From the IMG/VR virus record IMGVR_UViG_2974688470_000001, positions 6,993-70,992 of that record: DNA of 64,000 nucleotides. One strand, 5' to 3'. Below are positions 21,317-31,278 of this stretch, in pieces. The stretch comes from a virus (taxonomy: Duplodnaviria; Caudoviricetes). Under the pieces are notes generated by a model that did no database searches, had not been told where the DNA came from, and was given only the letters and a program-made list of their open reading frames with translations. Every line of letters starts with the position of its first letter. Positions within the stretch are counted from its first letter, which is position 1. The translations under genes were made by a program, and so were the position numbers.

Positions 21317-22750
21317 GTGGCGTTCCGCGGTTACTTCGCCCTCAACGGGGTGGAGATCGCCAACTCCTCCCGCGTGGTGGCCCATATCGGGGCGGAGGTG
21401 CCCACGCGGGACATCGGGCTGCTCACCCCCGACCAGGATTGCTCGGTGGCTCCCATCGCCCCAGGGCGGCTCTTGGGCACCGTTCCGGCCTCCTCGGTGC
21501 CCATCGCCCCAGGGCGGCTCCTGGGCACTCCGCCGGACGGCTCACGGCTCTATGGGCCGGGCCTGGCCGTCATCGGCGATTGCTGGACGCCGGACAACCT
21601 CTGCTTCCCCTGCCGCGAGCGCATCGGCTACGACGACTCCTGGCCGGGCCTGGCCGAGCTGCTGAGCGACTCCATCTATCGCCCCGAGCTGGCACCCTGG
21701 TACTCGGTGCGCGTGCCCGAGAGCGCGGAGTTCTCCGGCATCTGGGTCATGGACGTGAAGGGCCTCGATGTCGCGCCGGTCGAGCGGGCGGTGACCGAGA
21801 TGGCGGGCGACGGCGGCGCGCCGGGGCCGTTCCGCAATGCCAGCCGCAAGGTCACGTTCGACGCGATCCTCATGGCCTGCTCCAACGCCGGGCTGACCTA
21901 TGGCCTCCAGTGGCTCAACTGCCAGCTGCGCGACACGAACAATCGAACCGACTCGGTGCTGCGCTACCTGGCCGCTCACCCCGAGCACTCCGCCGCTGAT
22001 CCGGCCAGCCTGGTGCGCGAGGTCCACGGCGTCGTGCTCAGCCAAGAGGTCCAGATCAGCGATGCGATCAACGCCAGCCGCAAGCCCAACAGCCAGGCCA
22101 CGATGTACCGGGTCACCTGGGAGCTGACGGTCACCCGGCCCTTCGCCTACTTCCCGCCCATCGACGTGCCGGTGGCCTGGGATGAGGTGGTCACCGAGCC
22201 GATCAAGTGGGTCCACGCCGCCGACTGCGACGAGCCGGAGAGCTGCGAGGACATGCCAGTGCTCTACGCCGCCAGCTGCGCGCCGGAGAAGATCGAGGTG
22301 GTGACCAGCCCGCCTCCGACCTGCGGCGGCTGCCTGCCGGTCTGCGCGGTGGTGACCCATGTGTTCGAGCTGCCGACGTTCGAGTACCCCCAGCGGTGCC
22401 ATGAGACCGCCGCGACGGTGATCGTGCGCAATACCGGCGTGCGCGATCTGACCCTCCAGGGGAGCTACCGGCTCTGCGCCGCCCTGCGCGGCTGCGACAT
22501 CGACCAGTTCCCGTTCCAGGTCAACGAGCTGCCGCCAGCGGCGGAGCTTCACCTCGACGGGATCAGCGGCAACTACTGGGTCTTCCACAATGGCCGTCGC
22601 CGCCGCCCGGTCGGCATCGTCTCCACGCCCAAGGGATCGCCCTGGCGTCCGGCCATCATCGACCGCTCTCGATGCTGGGAGCTGGTGGCCGTCACCGATG
22701 GCGATGCCCAGTTCGAGATCGAGCTGAGCCTGGCTGATCGGGAGGCATGA
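21317..22750 (+). CDS. Minor tail protein (distal tail-like)
   Basis: AGGAGG RBS; first gene after tape measure; Cys-rich. Confidence 0.8.
   Translation: MAFRGYFALNGVEIANSSRVVAHIGAEVPTRDIGLLTPDQDCSVAPIAPGRLLGTVPASSVPIAPGRLLGTPPDGSRLYGPGLAVIGDCWTPDNLCFPCRERIGYDDSWPGLAELLSDSIYRPELAPWYSVRVPESAEFSGIWVMDVKGLDVAPVERAVTEMAGDGGAPGPFRNASRKVTFDAILMACSNAGLTYGLQWLNCQLRDTNNRTDSVLRYLAAHPEHSAADPASLVREVHGVVLSQEVQISDAINASRKPNSQATMYRVTWELTVTRPFAYFPPIDVPVAWDEVVTEPIKWVHAADCDEPESCEDMPVLYAASCAPEKIEVVTSPPPTCGGCLPVCAVVTHVFELPTFEYPQRCHETAATVIVRNTGVRDLTLQGSYRLCAALRGCDIDQFPFQVNELPPAAELHLDGISGNYWVFHNGRRRRPVGIVSTPKGSPWRPAIIDRSRCWELVAVTDGDAQFEIELSLADREA
21452..21528 (+). repeat. 29-bp direct repeat encoding PIAPGRLLG twice
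   Basis: CCCATCGCCCCAGGGCGGCTC(T/C)TGGGCAC at 21452-21480 and 21500-21528. Confidence 0.85.
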
Positions 22751-22753
22751 GCG

Positions 22754-23842
22754 GTGATCGTCACCGACGAGCAGATCATCAGCCTCCACACCGCCTCGGG
22801 CGTGGTGCTCTACCAGTTCCTCCCCGAGCACTATCAGGAGGCCACCTGGGGCCGTCGCCAGCGGGACGCCTCCAACGCCAGCCTGACGCTGCCGCCCCAG
22901 CCGGGCCTGGACCGGCTCCCCGACATCGTGCCCTGGCTGCATTGGGTCTCGATCTGGGATGGCCCGCGTGACGCGCTGCTCTGGAGCGGACCCATCCAGA
23001 AGGCCACCGCCAATCGCTCGGGCCTGGCGCTGGAGGTCAAGGATCACGCCGCCTACCTCAACCGCACGCGCAACCCGATGACCAAGCGATGGGATGGCGC
23101 GGACCCGGCCTGGATCGCCGGAGAGCTGTGGCGGTCGATGATCGAGGCTCAGGGCCTCAATCAGGCACCGATCGTGCGCACCGACCCCGAGGGCGAGCGG
23201 TACGACTTCCAGGTGATCACCGACGCCCAGCTCCTCGATCAGACGATGAAGGACTTGGTGAACCTCGGCCTGCGCTGGGCGGTGGTGAGCGGCGCGCCGA
23301 TCATCGGGCCGGTCGGCCTGGACCCGGTGGCCAGCCTGGGCGAGGACGATTTCCTCGGCGATGGGATCGACCTGGTGCGCGATGGCTCGGCGGTCTACAA
23401 CGACGTGCTGGTGCGCGGGCCGGACAACCTGGCCAGGGCGCGCGTGGACTACTTCGGCCAGAACCTCCAGACCATCGAGAACCTGGACGATATGTTCGGC
23501 GTCGGCAACGTGCGCCGCGCCGCTCAGCAGTACGTCCGCAATACCGGGAGCGTGCGCACCAGGCTGGAGCTGCCCAGCGGCACCGAGCTGCATCCCGACG
23601 CGCCGGTCCACATTGACGAGCTGATGCCCTCGGCCCGGTTCGTCATCGAGAGCAATGGCATCCGCGAGATGGTCGAGCTGACCAGCGTGGAGGTCGAGCG
23701 CCGCCAGGGCAGCGCCAGCGTCAAGGTGACGATGGACTCGCTGCCGGATCGTGACGCCGAGGGCGCGCTGATCGAGCTGGACGTGGCGACATCCCAGAAT
23801 CAGCCCACGGTCACCCTGGGCGGGCAGGCGGTAGGGCGATGA
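22754..23842 (+). CDS. Minor tail protein (baseplate hub-like)
   Basis: Second gene after tape measure; GGAGG upstream. Confidence 0.8.
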   Translation: MIVTDEQIISLHTASGVVLYQFLPEHYQEATWGRRQRDASNASLTLPPQPGLDRLPDIVPWLHWVSIWDGPRDALLWSGPIQKATANRSGLALEVKDHAAYLNRTRNPMTKRWDGADPAWIAGELWRSMIEAQGLNQAPIVRTDPEGERYDFQVITDAQLLDQTMKDLVNLGLRWAVVSGAPIIGPVGLDPVASLGEDDFLGDGIDLVRDGSAVYNDVLVRGPDNLARARVDYFGQNLQTIENLDDMFGVGNVRRAAQQYVRNTGSVRTRLELPSGTELHPDAPVHIDELMPSARFVIESNGIREMVELTSVEVERRQGSASVKVTMDSLPDRDAEGALIELDVATSQNQPTVTLGGQAVGR

Positions 23843-26343
23843 GCACAGCCACGATCCCCGGCCGCGCGCCGAGCACCGACGCCGAGCTGGTGCGCAATCT
23901 CCACGACCGGATTGCCCGGCTGGAGAGCGCCCGCACGGTGCGCGTCGGGCCTTGGGTGCTGGGCACCGACAACGCCACCGGGAACCTCATCGCCACCCGG
24001 CCCGGCCAGACGGTGCTCATCGACGGCGAGGGCGCGACCGAGATCGCCAGCCAGGCGATCAACCTCTCGGGCCTGGAGAGCAAGTTCGTCACCCCCGAGC
24101 AGCTGGAGCTGGCGCTGGAGGGCGTGGGCGGCGGCGGTCCCATCGAGGACGTGCTCGGGATCATCCAGAGCAAGTTCGCCGACCTCTACCAGATGCTCAC
24201 CGGCAGCGGCGTCGATCCGCTCCAGGCCCTCGCCAAGCTCGGCGATTTTCTCAAGATCGAGCTGGGCGGGCCGGTCGATGTCTCGCGGCTGCCGCTGCTC
24301 CCGCTGGCGCACATCCGCGACATCATCACCGAGCTGCTCGATGATCCCGACTTCAGCAATCCGCTCACGCTGATCGACCTGCCCGATTGGGACTGGCTCG
24401 ACACCGATGGCGTCGATACCCCCGGCGTGGCCCAGACCATCGCCGATGGGCTGACGCACACGATCTTCTCGAACAACATCCCCGTCGCCGAGGGCGACAC
24501 CCTCGATGTGATGGCCAAGGCCAAGTGGCTCGGGCTGACCACCTCGGGAGCCAACCCTCTGCGCGTCCTGGTGAGCTTCTACAACGCCGCCGGGGCCATG
24601 ATCGGCGGAGGGCCTGTTCTTGCCGCCCAGGGCGGCGCTGCGGGCAATAGCGGCGGTCTGGGCGGCTGGACCACCCTGACCGGCCAGCTGCCCGTTCCAG
24701 CGGGCGCTAAGTACGCGGTCCAAGAGCTGACGGTGACCCCGGCCGCGACCGGCGGCACGGTGCGCTTCGGCCAGGCCAGCGTGAGCAAGAGCGGGCTGCT
24801 GCCCCAGGGGTATGTCTCGGGCCTCCTCGACGCGATCAGCGGGCTGTGGACCGGCATCCAGGCCCGCCTCGATGACTTCATGGACCTGCTCGATGTGTTC
24901 GGCGGGTTCGGCGTGGGCACCGGCCAGGGCCAGCTCTCCGATGTGGCGGCGCGGATCAGCAAGCTCAACCCGCTGACGGGCACGTTCGACTCCGCCTGGC
25001 TGACGAACATGGCCGCGATCACCTTGCCCAACGGGCTGAGCCAGGTGCCGCAGCTCGGCGGGCTGGTCGATAAGGCGACCGGCGCGCTCTCCGGCGCGAC
25101 CCAGGCTGGCCAGGCGGTGGTCGGCGCGACGGTGACCACGGCCGAGCAGGTGATGGCCAACCTCTACAACATGCTCACCGCCAACACCCGCAAGGTCCAG
25201 GCGTTGGAGGCCCAGAACACGGCCTCGACGGTGGGCGGTCGCCAGTTCAACATCAACTTCGCCGACTACCCAGACGGGCCGTTCCCCTCGGGCCTGTTCA
25301 ATCTGAGCTACTCCGGCCCCGGCTCCTCGGTCCTGGTGATCTCCGGCGGCAAGGCGCAATGGTCGATGGTCAACAACGGCTACCGCCGGGCCACGATGCA
25401 ATACCCGACGCCGACGCTGACCAGCTTTCAGATCGTGCGCGGCACGATGGCCAGCCCGCCCAGCCAGGGCACCAACGTGCGCATCTGGAGCGTCGGCCGG
25501 GCCAACGCCGCCATGACCGAGTTCGTGTTCGCTCGGGGTTACTGCACAGGGTTCCTGAGCTATAAGGGCGACATCGGCGCGTACATCGGCGGCGTCGAGC
25601 GGGTCTGGGCCTCGGGCATCTCGCTGACCTGGAGCCTCGATCTGCGCGTGGTGATGGGCGTGGGCATCAACGCCCGCCGCCACATGGTCCTCTCCGGCGA
25701 CACCATCGTCTGGGACGGCATCGAGCCAGCGGCGTTCCAGTCGAGCCTGGACTCCAATCACCTTTACTGGGGCGCGATCTCGGAGACCGATGGCTCCAAC
25801 GCTCCCGGCAATGTCGCCGGGGCCAGCGTGGTCGATAACGCGCCGCCCGCGGTGGTCGGCTCGACCTTCCGCGCCAGCCGCCGGATCGCCTCGGACGTGA
25901 CCATCGCAGCGGGCGGCGCGATGCTCCCGGCCAACTTCTACGAGACCGTCGATTACATCTCGCCGGACATCACCTGGTCGCCGAGCGAGAACGCGATCTA
26001 TGTCTCCAAGCAGGGCACCTACCTGGCTCAGTGGCGGTGCTTCCACGGCGCGTTCGCCACCGGCACCTCGGGCGCGGGCCTGCTCTGGGTCAAGCGCCAG
26101 GGCGGCTCCTGGCAGCGGTACGCGCTCGGGCCGATGGACGAGTGCCCGTTCAACGTCGGGTTCGGCGTCATGGCCACCCCGACCAACGCGACGTTCGGCA
26201 CCGCCATCATCGCGCTCAACCCCGGCGATGCCATCGCCGCCGGGTTCCAGTTCTCGAACTCGATGAGCAATACCGGCGATGCTGCGACCCTGGCTGATGG
26301 CTCCCAGACGTGGTTCGCTGCGACCCGCGTCGGGATCGCCTGA
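23839..26343 (+). CDS. Minor tail protein (large, possible receptor binding)
   Basis: 834 aa; beta-rich C-terminal half; synteny. Confidence 0.8.
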   Translation: MSTATIPGRAPSTDAELVRNLHDRIARLESARTVRVGPWVLGTDNATGNLIATRPGQTVLIDGEGATEIASQAINLSGLESKFVTPEQLELALEGVGGGGPIEDVLGIIQSKFADLYQMLTGSGVDPLQALAKLGDFLKIELGGPVDVSRLPLLPLAHIRDIITELLDDPDFSNPLTLIDLPDWDWLDTDGVDTPGVAQTIADGLTHTIFSNNIPVAEGDTLDVMAKAKWLGLTTSGANPLRVLVSFYNAAGAMIGGGPVLAAQGGAAGNSGGLGGWTTLTGQLPVPAGAKYAVQELTVTPAATGGTVRFGQASVSKSGLLPQGYVSGLLDAISGLWTGIQARLDDFMDLLDVFGGFGVGTGQGQLSDVAARISKLNPLTGTFDSAWLTNMAAITLPNGLSQVPQLGGLVDKATGALSGATQAGQAVVGATVTTAEQVMANLYNMLTANTRKVQALEAQNTASTVGGRQFNINFADYPDGPFPSGLFNLSYSGPGSSVLVISGGKAQWSMVNNGYRRATMQYPTPTLTSFQIVRGTMASPPSQGTNVRIWSVGRANAAMTEFVFARGYCTGFLSYKGDIGAYIGGVERVWASGISLTWSLDLRVVMGVGINARRHMVLSGDTIVWDGIEPAAFQSSLDSNHLYWGAISETDGSNAPGNVAGASVVDNAPPAVVGSTFRASRRIASDVTIAAGGAMLPANFYETVDYISPDITWSPSENAIYVSKQGTYLAQWRCFHGAFATGTSGAGLLWVKRQGGSWQRYALGPMDECPFNVGFGVMATPTNATFGTAIIALNPGDAIAAGFQFSNSMSNTGDAATLADGSQTWFAATRVGIA

Positions 26344-27524
26344 TGCCGTGGTATCCCTCCCGCCCTGAGCCGCCCGCGCTGATCCTCCCAGGGTCGGCGG
26401 GCTGGCACGGCGAGCGGCCGGAGCCAGACGAGCGCCTCACCCTGCCCGGCTGGTGGGCGGTGGTCTCGCTCGACATGGCCATGACCGTCCACTGGGTCAC
26501 CGAGCTGGAGCTGGACTTCCTCCAGGGCGTCGGGTTCCAGGTGCTCGGGCTGTACGCCAACCGCCAGCTGGCGCTCCAAAAGATCGGGATGCTCACGCTC
26601 GCGCGCGGGATCGTGGCCACCTCCGACCTGGCGTTCCGAGGCATCTACCTGACCTCGATGGCGCTCAACGCCATCATCCAGCGCAACCTGTCGCTGATGC
26701 GCGTCGGCGTGCTCAACGTGCCGCTGGCGCTCCAGATGACCGAGCTGCTGAGCCTGACCAAGCTGCGCACCATCGACGTGCCCGCCGCCCTGGTGGCCAA
26801 CCGCCAGCTGAGCCTGGTCCCGATCTTCCCGATGACCATGCCGCAGGCCATCGTCGCCGGGCGCTCGCTGAGCACTCAGGCCGTGCTGATGGAGACCCTA
26901 GCCCAGACGATCAACGCCAGCAGCGGGCTGGCGATGGGGTTCCCGGCCCAGGCGACGGCGAGCCAAACATTCAGCGCGGTAGGCAATTTCAGCTATACGA
27001 TCCCGCGCTACTCGAACTGGATCGAGTGGATTCTGATGCCCGCCGGAGGCGGCGGCAGCTCGGGTAACGGGGCCATCGGCACCGGCTCCGGCGGAGGCGG
27101 CGGGCAGTGGCTCTACGGCACGATCATCCGAGGCAGCGACATCCCCTGGCAGGCCACCGCGATCACCGGGGCGATCCCTGACGGCGGCACTGGCGGGCCA
27201 GCGGGCTGGCTGCCGATCAACGGCAACCCCGGCGGCAATCTGACCATCACCGTCAACGTCGGCGGCGCGACGGCGACCGCGCCCGGTGGCCAGGGCGGCG
27301 GGTTCTTCTCCGGCGGGCGCGCCGGTAACGCGGCTGGCCCGCCCCAGACCCTCAACTACAACGGGATCAACTACGCGGGCGGCGGCGCGACGGCCAACAG
27401 CGCGGCGGCGGGCAATGCTCCTGGTGGCGGCGGAGGCGGCGGCAATACCGGGTTCTTCGGTCTCCCGGCTGGCGCTGGCGGCAAGGGCGCTCGCGGCCAG
27501 GCGTGGTTCCGCGCGGGCCAGTAG
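26343..27524 (+). CDS. Glycine-rich minor tail protein
   Basis: TGATG coupling; GGGG runs ending GARGQAWF. Confidence 0.8.
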   Translation: MPWYPSRPEPPALILPGSAGWHGERPEPDERLTLPGWWAVVSLDMAMTVHWVTELELDFLQGVGFQVLGLYANRQLALQKIGMLTLARGIVATSDLAFRGIYLTSMALNAIIQRNLSLMRVGVLNVPLALQMTELLSLTKLRTIDVPAALVANRQLSLVPIFPMTMPQAIVAGRSLSTQAVLMETLAQTINASSGLAMGFPAQATASQTFSAVGNFSYTIPRYSNWIEWILMPAGGGGSSGNGAIGTGSGGGGGQWLYGTIIRGSDIPWQATAITGAIPDGGTGGPAGWLPINGNPGGNLTITVNVGGATATAPGGQGGGFFSGGRAGNAAGPPQTLNYNGINYAGGGATANSAAAGNAPGGGGGGGNTGFFGLPAGAGGKGARGQAWFRAGQ

Positions 27525-27540
27525 CGGCTAGCCTGTCGGA

Positions 27541-27735
27541 ATGGCGTTCGCGTTCACCCGCTCTCAGATTCTCGCCGAGGCTGATCGGTATCTGGTCAAC
27601 GCCTCCAAGCTCCCCGACAGCGATCCGGCCAAGGCGGCGTACATCAAGGCGGCGAACGATCTCAGCCAGGTGGTGCTCGCCCGCGTCCACGATCAGCTGG
27701 CGCTCAAGTACTACGACATCCCCGACAACGCATGA
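27541..27735 (+). CDS. Hypothetical protein
   Basis: TAGCCT 6 nt upstream; strong codon bias. Confidence 0.7.
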   Translation: MAFAFTRSQILAEADRYLVNASKLPDSDPAKAAYIKAANDLSQVVLARVHDQLALKYYDIPDNA

Positions 27736-28124
27736 CCCGCCAGGTCACCTGGACCGCGCCCTATCCCGAGGCGCTGGCCGAGCTGCTCGCCGACTTCCAC
27801 TACCGGCCCGGCTGGAGCTTCCAGCTCATCGAGGGCAGCCGCGACGACGGCCACGGCGAGGTGACCGGCCTGGCGCTGATCATCACCTCCGAGCCGCTCG
27901 ACGCCCAAGACCCCTCGCGCTCGATCCCGATGGCCTACCCGTTCGTGGTGCCGCCGGAGGTCCACTCCGCTGCTGGCTGGGAGCAATGGCTCTGGCTGCG
28001 CATCGGTGACGCCGAGCGCCATGAGCGCGGCGAGCACTTCCGCGTCGGCGAGGCCCGGCCCTTCGCGCCCGACCATGAGCCGTGTGCTGACGGCTACTGG
28101 CCACGCCCGACCGCTAGGCTGTGA
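27732..28124 (+). CDS. Hypothetical protein
   Basis: ATGA overlap; ERHERGEHF motif. Confidence 0.7.
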   Translation: MTRQVTWTAPYPEALAELLADFHYRPGWSFQLIEGSRDDGHGEVTGLALIITSEPLDAQDPSRSIPMAYPFVVPPEVHSAAGWEQWLWLRIGDAERHERGEHFRVGEARPFAPDHEPCADGYWPRPTARL

Positions 28125-28127
28125 CGC

Positions 28128-28511
28128 ATGGCGGAGGGCATCTCGACCTACCTGGCGAACAAGCTGCTCGATCACGTTTGCCGTGGCGTGGCCTACACCC
28201 CTCCGACGACGGTCTACTTCCAGGCCCATGTCGCTGCGCCCGGCGCGGCGATGACCGCCAACGTGGCCAGCAATACCGCTCGGGTGGCGGTGCCCTTCAG
28301 CGCCGCCAGCGGCGGAGCGATCAACATCAGCGGCACCCCCGAGCACACCCTGGGCGGCGCGAACACCATCACCCACGGCTCGTTCTGGGACGCCGCCTCC
28401 GGCGGTAACCCGCTCTGGAGCGCCGCCGCCTCGGTGGCCAAGGGCGGCGTGGCCGGAGACATCATCCGCGTGTCCAGCGCGCCCCTGAGCCTCGGCCCGC
28501 TGGCGAGCTAG
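28128..28511 (+). CDS. Small tail-associated protein
   Basis: YLANKLLDH...ITHGSFWDAASGGN pattern common in tail regions. Confidence 0.7.
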   Translation: MAEGISTYLANKLLDHVCRGVAYTPPTTVYFQAHVAAPGAAMTANVASNTARVAVPFSAASGGAINISGTPEHTLGGANTITHGSFWDAASGGNPLWSAAASVAKGGVAGDIIRVSSAPLSLGPLAS

Positions 28512-28521
28512 GATCACCTCG

Positions 28522-28884
28522 ATGGCCACCTACGATTACGCGCTCGGGTTCGAGGCTTGGACCGGCCCGGCTGAGAAGCTCCCCGCCCAGCCGATGGAGC
28601 CGCTCCCAGTGGCCTCTGACGCGCCCGAGGGCGAGCAGGATCGCTACGCCAAGGCCCTGAGCGCCCACCAGGACGCCAAGCGCGCCTACGAGGCCGATCT
28701 GTTCGCGCTCACCGCCAAGGATGAGAACTGGAGCCAGCAGTACACCCCGCTGGGCCAGAACAAGGCGGCGGCGGAGGAGCAGGTCAAGGAGTTCGCCGCG
28801 CTCCACTTCACCAACCCGCTGGTGCGCAACGTGGGCCTGTATCGGACCCCCGTCGTGAAGTGGGAGAAGCTCGACCTGAGCTAG
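28522..28884 (+). CDS. Hypothetical protein
   Basis: TAGGAT 7 nt upstream; codon bias. Confidence 0.7.
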   Translation: MATYDYALGFEAWTGPAEKLPAQPMEPLPVASDAPEGEQDRYAKALSAHQDAKRAYEADLFALTAKDENWSQQYTPLGQNKAAAEEQVKEFAALHFTNPLVRNVGLYRTPVVKWEKLDLS

Positions 28885-29204
28885 CGGCCGGACAGGTCGG
28901 GGATGAACCCGCCGATGAACGAGCCGAGATCGCCGATCACCGGGAGCGTGATCCCCGGCGGCAGCACCTTCTGGATCGAGGCGTGAGCCGCATCGGTCAG
29001 CTCCCCGATGTCGGGCTTGCCGTCCTGATCGAGATCGGTGAGCCGGTCGGCTGCCTTCTCGACCGCCGCGCCCACGGCCACGGTGATGGCCGGGAGGACG
29101 ATCTGGGTGACCAGCTTGCCGCCGACGCTCAGGGCCACCTTCTCGGTGCGCTCGTCCTGGAGCACCTCGATGATCAGCTCGCGTGTCCAGCTCTTGAGAC
29201 TCAT
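28881..29204 (-). CDS. Hypothetical protein (reverse gene in tail operon)
   Basis: ATG 29204 with TACCGT 7 nt upstream; fills gap; DLDQDGKPD resembles a Ca-binding loop. Confidence 0.65.
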   Translation of the reverse strand: MSLKSWTRELIIEVLQDERTEKVALSVGGKLVTQIVLPAITVAVGAAVEKAADRLTDLDQDGKPDIGELTDAAHASIQKVLPPGITLPVIGDLGSFIGGFIPDLSGR

Positions 29205-29235
29205 GCCGCCCACGGTAGCGCGATACCCTGAGCCG

Positions 29236-29880
29236 GTGACCTCCCCGACCGTGTGCGTGGCCGAGAATCTGATCATCGGTCCTGACGGCCAGCTGCGCCT
29301 CGCGCCCTGGAGCCGCCCTCGCAATGTCGTGGATGTGGTGGCCAGCTCCAGCGGCGACACCACCAAGCTCCTGGAGACCAAGACCCTGCCCGGCCTGCTG
29401 CTGATCGACCGCAAGGTCAGCTGGACGAATGATGCGCCGGTCGAGCACGACATCCGCGTGCTGATCACCCGGCGCTGGCGGCGATGGGTGACCAGCAATC
29501 CCAACGCCGTGCAGTTCCGCGACCGCTGGAGCAGCGCCATCACGCCCAAGGGCGACGATCCCATCGAGCCAGCCGAGCCGGTCACCTCGGGCATCCTCAA
29601 CGGCCAGGTGGGCAGCGCCGAGGACATCGGGACCAACTCGGTCGCCGAGCCGAACCCCGGCAAGTACTTCCACTGGTGGGGGACGAACACGACCGAGGAG
29701 TGGCTCGGCCCCGTCGCGCCGGGCGACAAGATCGCCGTCTGGTATCGCCAGTACGTCTGGACCCCTGAGCCGTGGAGCGACAACGCCAACAAGAACGCTC
29801 CCGATCACCAGGCCGAGGCTGGCTGGGCGCGCATCCAGCTCCAGGCGTTCCCCTACCAGGGCAAGCGGGTGATCGGCTGA
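29236..29880 (+). CDS. Putative minor tail protein, paralogue 1
   Basis: GTG 29236 with TACCCT 6 nt upstream; shares terminal motifs with next two genes. Confidence 0.7.
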   Translation: MTSPTVCVAENLIIGPDGQLRLAPWSRPRNVVDVVASSSGDTTKLLETKTLPGLLLIDRKVSWTNDAPVEHDIRVLITRRWRRWVTSNPNAVQFRDRWSSAITPKGDDPIEPAEPVTSGILNGQVGSAEDIGTNSVAEPNPGKYFHWWGTNTTEEWLGPVAPGDKIAVWYRQYVWTPEPWSDNANKNAPDHQAEAGWARIQLQAFPYQGKRVIG

Positions 29881-30491
29881 TGAGCAGCCTCAAGCTCTGC
29901 ACTGGCGAGTACATGATCAGCGACACCAACGGCCTCGGGGTGCGCCGGACCTGGCTCCCGCGCGTGGTCGCGCAGCAATTCCTGGAGAGCACCAAGGACG
30001 GCGAGATCAAGCTCTCGCCGGACCCGGTGACGATGATCGACGGCGACCTGACGTGGTTCAACAACTCGCCGGATCGCCAGCGGGTCTGGGTGCTCGTCCA
30101 CACCGCGCCGCGCTCGATCATCGCCCAGAGTCCCAGCACCGTGGTGATCCACGACGCCTGGAGCCACCTCATCGGCAAGGAGCCGAGCGCCGACTTCCCG
30201 AGCGTGATCGCCAACACCTTCGGCGGGCGGCTCCAGATCGACCGGGCCAGCGTGGCGGCGGATGACATCCAGTTCGGCCGCTACTTCTTGGACGGCGACG
30301 ACTTCCAGACCTGGGTGAGCATCGGGACGGTGCCGCCCCGCCAGAGCTTCCACTTCCGCTACCTCGCCGCGGTGCAGACCCCTGGCACCTGGATCATCCC
30401 CGGCTCGAACTCCGATGTGACGCCGCGCTGGGAGGCATACGCGCGATGGACGCGGCTGATCGCCCTGGCCGCGCCGGTAGGGTCTCTCTGA
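29880..30491 (+). CDS. Putative minor tail protein, paralogue 2
   Basis: TGATG coupling; WFNNSP and WTRLIALAAP motifs. Confidence 0.7.
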   Translation: MSSLKLCTGEYMISDTNGLGVRRTWLPRVVAQQFLESTKDGEIKLSPDPVTMIDGDLTWFNNSPDRQRVWVLVHTAPRSIIAQSPSTVVIHDAWSHLIGKEPSADFPSVIANTFGGRLQIDRASVAADDIQFGRYFLDGDDFQTWVSIGTVPPRQSFHFRYLAAVQTPGTWIIPGSNSDVTPRWEAYARWTRLIALAAPVGSL

Positions 30492-31252
30492 TGACCGAGC
30501 CGTTCCCCTGCGTCGATCCCGACCACTTCGAGGTGCTCCCCGATGGGTCGATCCAGCCGCAGCCGTGGATGCAATGGCGACAGGTGCGCAGCGTCGAGGC
30601 GATGAGCAAGGCCGGGAGCTACGCGGTCACCCTGACCTCCGGCGGCGTGACCGGCATCAATCCGTTCGCCAGCCTCGGCTCGCTGTTTGGCTCGCTGTTC
30701 TCCTTCATCCCCGGCATGTTCGGCTCGACCTCGATCCTGGCGGGCCTCGGCCAGGCGGCAAGCTCGGCCGGGAACAAGAACGATCTGCTCCACTCGCTCC
30801 AGCTGGAGTGGGTCAACAACTCCCCTGTGCCGCAAGAGGTCTACGGCCTGATCACGCGCGGCGGCTGCCGGGTCACCCTCCAGGCCCGCTCGCGCGGCGC
30901 GCTGGTGCTCAGCTCGGGATACAAGCTCAACGCGCCCGGCGATGCTGGCGCGCTGGTGCCCTGCTCGATGGTGGGCTGCGGCGCGGACCAGGCCCGCTCG
31001 GGCACCCTGGCCCTGGGCACCTCCTTCTGCGTCATCGAGGAACGGATGAACGCCGTCACGATCCCGCTCGCGCCCGAGCGCGCTGGCTGGGCGCGCCTGG
31101 AGCCGGGCCAGCGGATCACCGCCCGCGTCGAGCTGCGATTCGTCAGCGAGTTCTGGGAGAACACCTCCATCGACGGCGGCACCTCGGGCACCGAGTCGAG
31201 CTACGAGACCGGCGGCACGCGCCTCGATCTGTTCGCCGTGCCGGTACTCTGA
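30491..31252 (+). CDS. Putative minor tail protein, paralogue 3
   Basis: TGATG coupling; WVNNSP and TRLDLFAVP motifs. Confidence 0.7.
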   Translation: MTEPFPCVDPDHFEVLPDGSIQPQPWMQWRQVRSVEAMSKAGSYAVTLTSGGVTGINPFASLGSLFGSLFSFIPGMFGSTSILAGLGQAASSAGNKNDLLHSLQLEWVNNSPVPQEVYGLITRGGCRVTLQARSRGALVLSSGYKLNAPGDAGALVPCSMVGCGADQARSGTLALGTSFCVIEERMNAVTIPLAPERAGWARLEPGQRITARVELRFVSEFWENTSIDGGTSGTESSYETGGTRLDLFAVPVL

Positions 31253-31278
31253 GGTCATTCCCGACCTCGGAGGGCAAT

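Noticed and set aside
23839-27524. Diversity-generating retroelement or invertible tail cassette
   Set aside because: No reverse transcriptase or invertase, and no template/variable repeat pair noticed
31260-31278. Another copy of the operator-like motif (cccgacctcggagggcaat)
   Set aside because: Largely explained by the GGAGG ribosome-binding site of 31279; left out of the count
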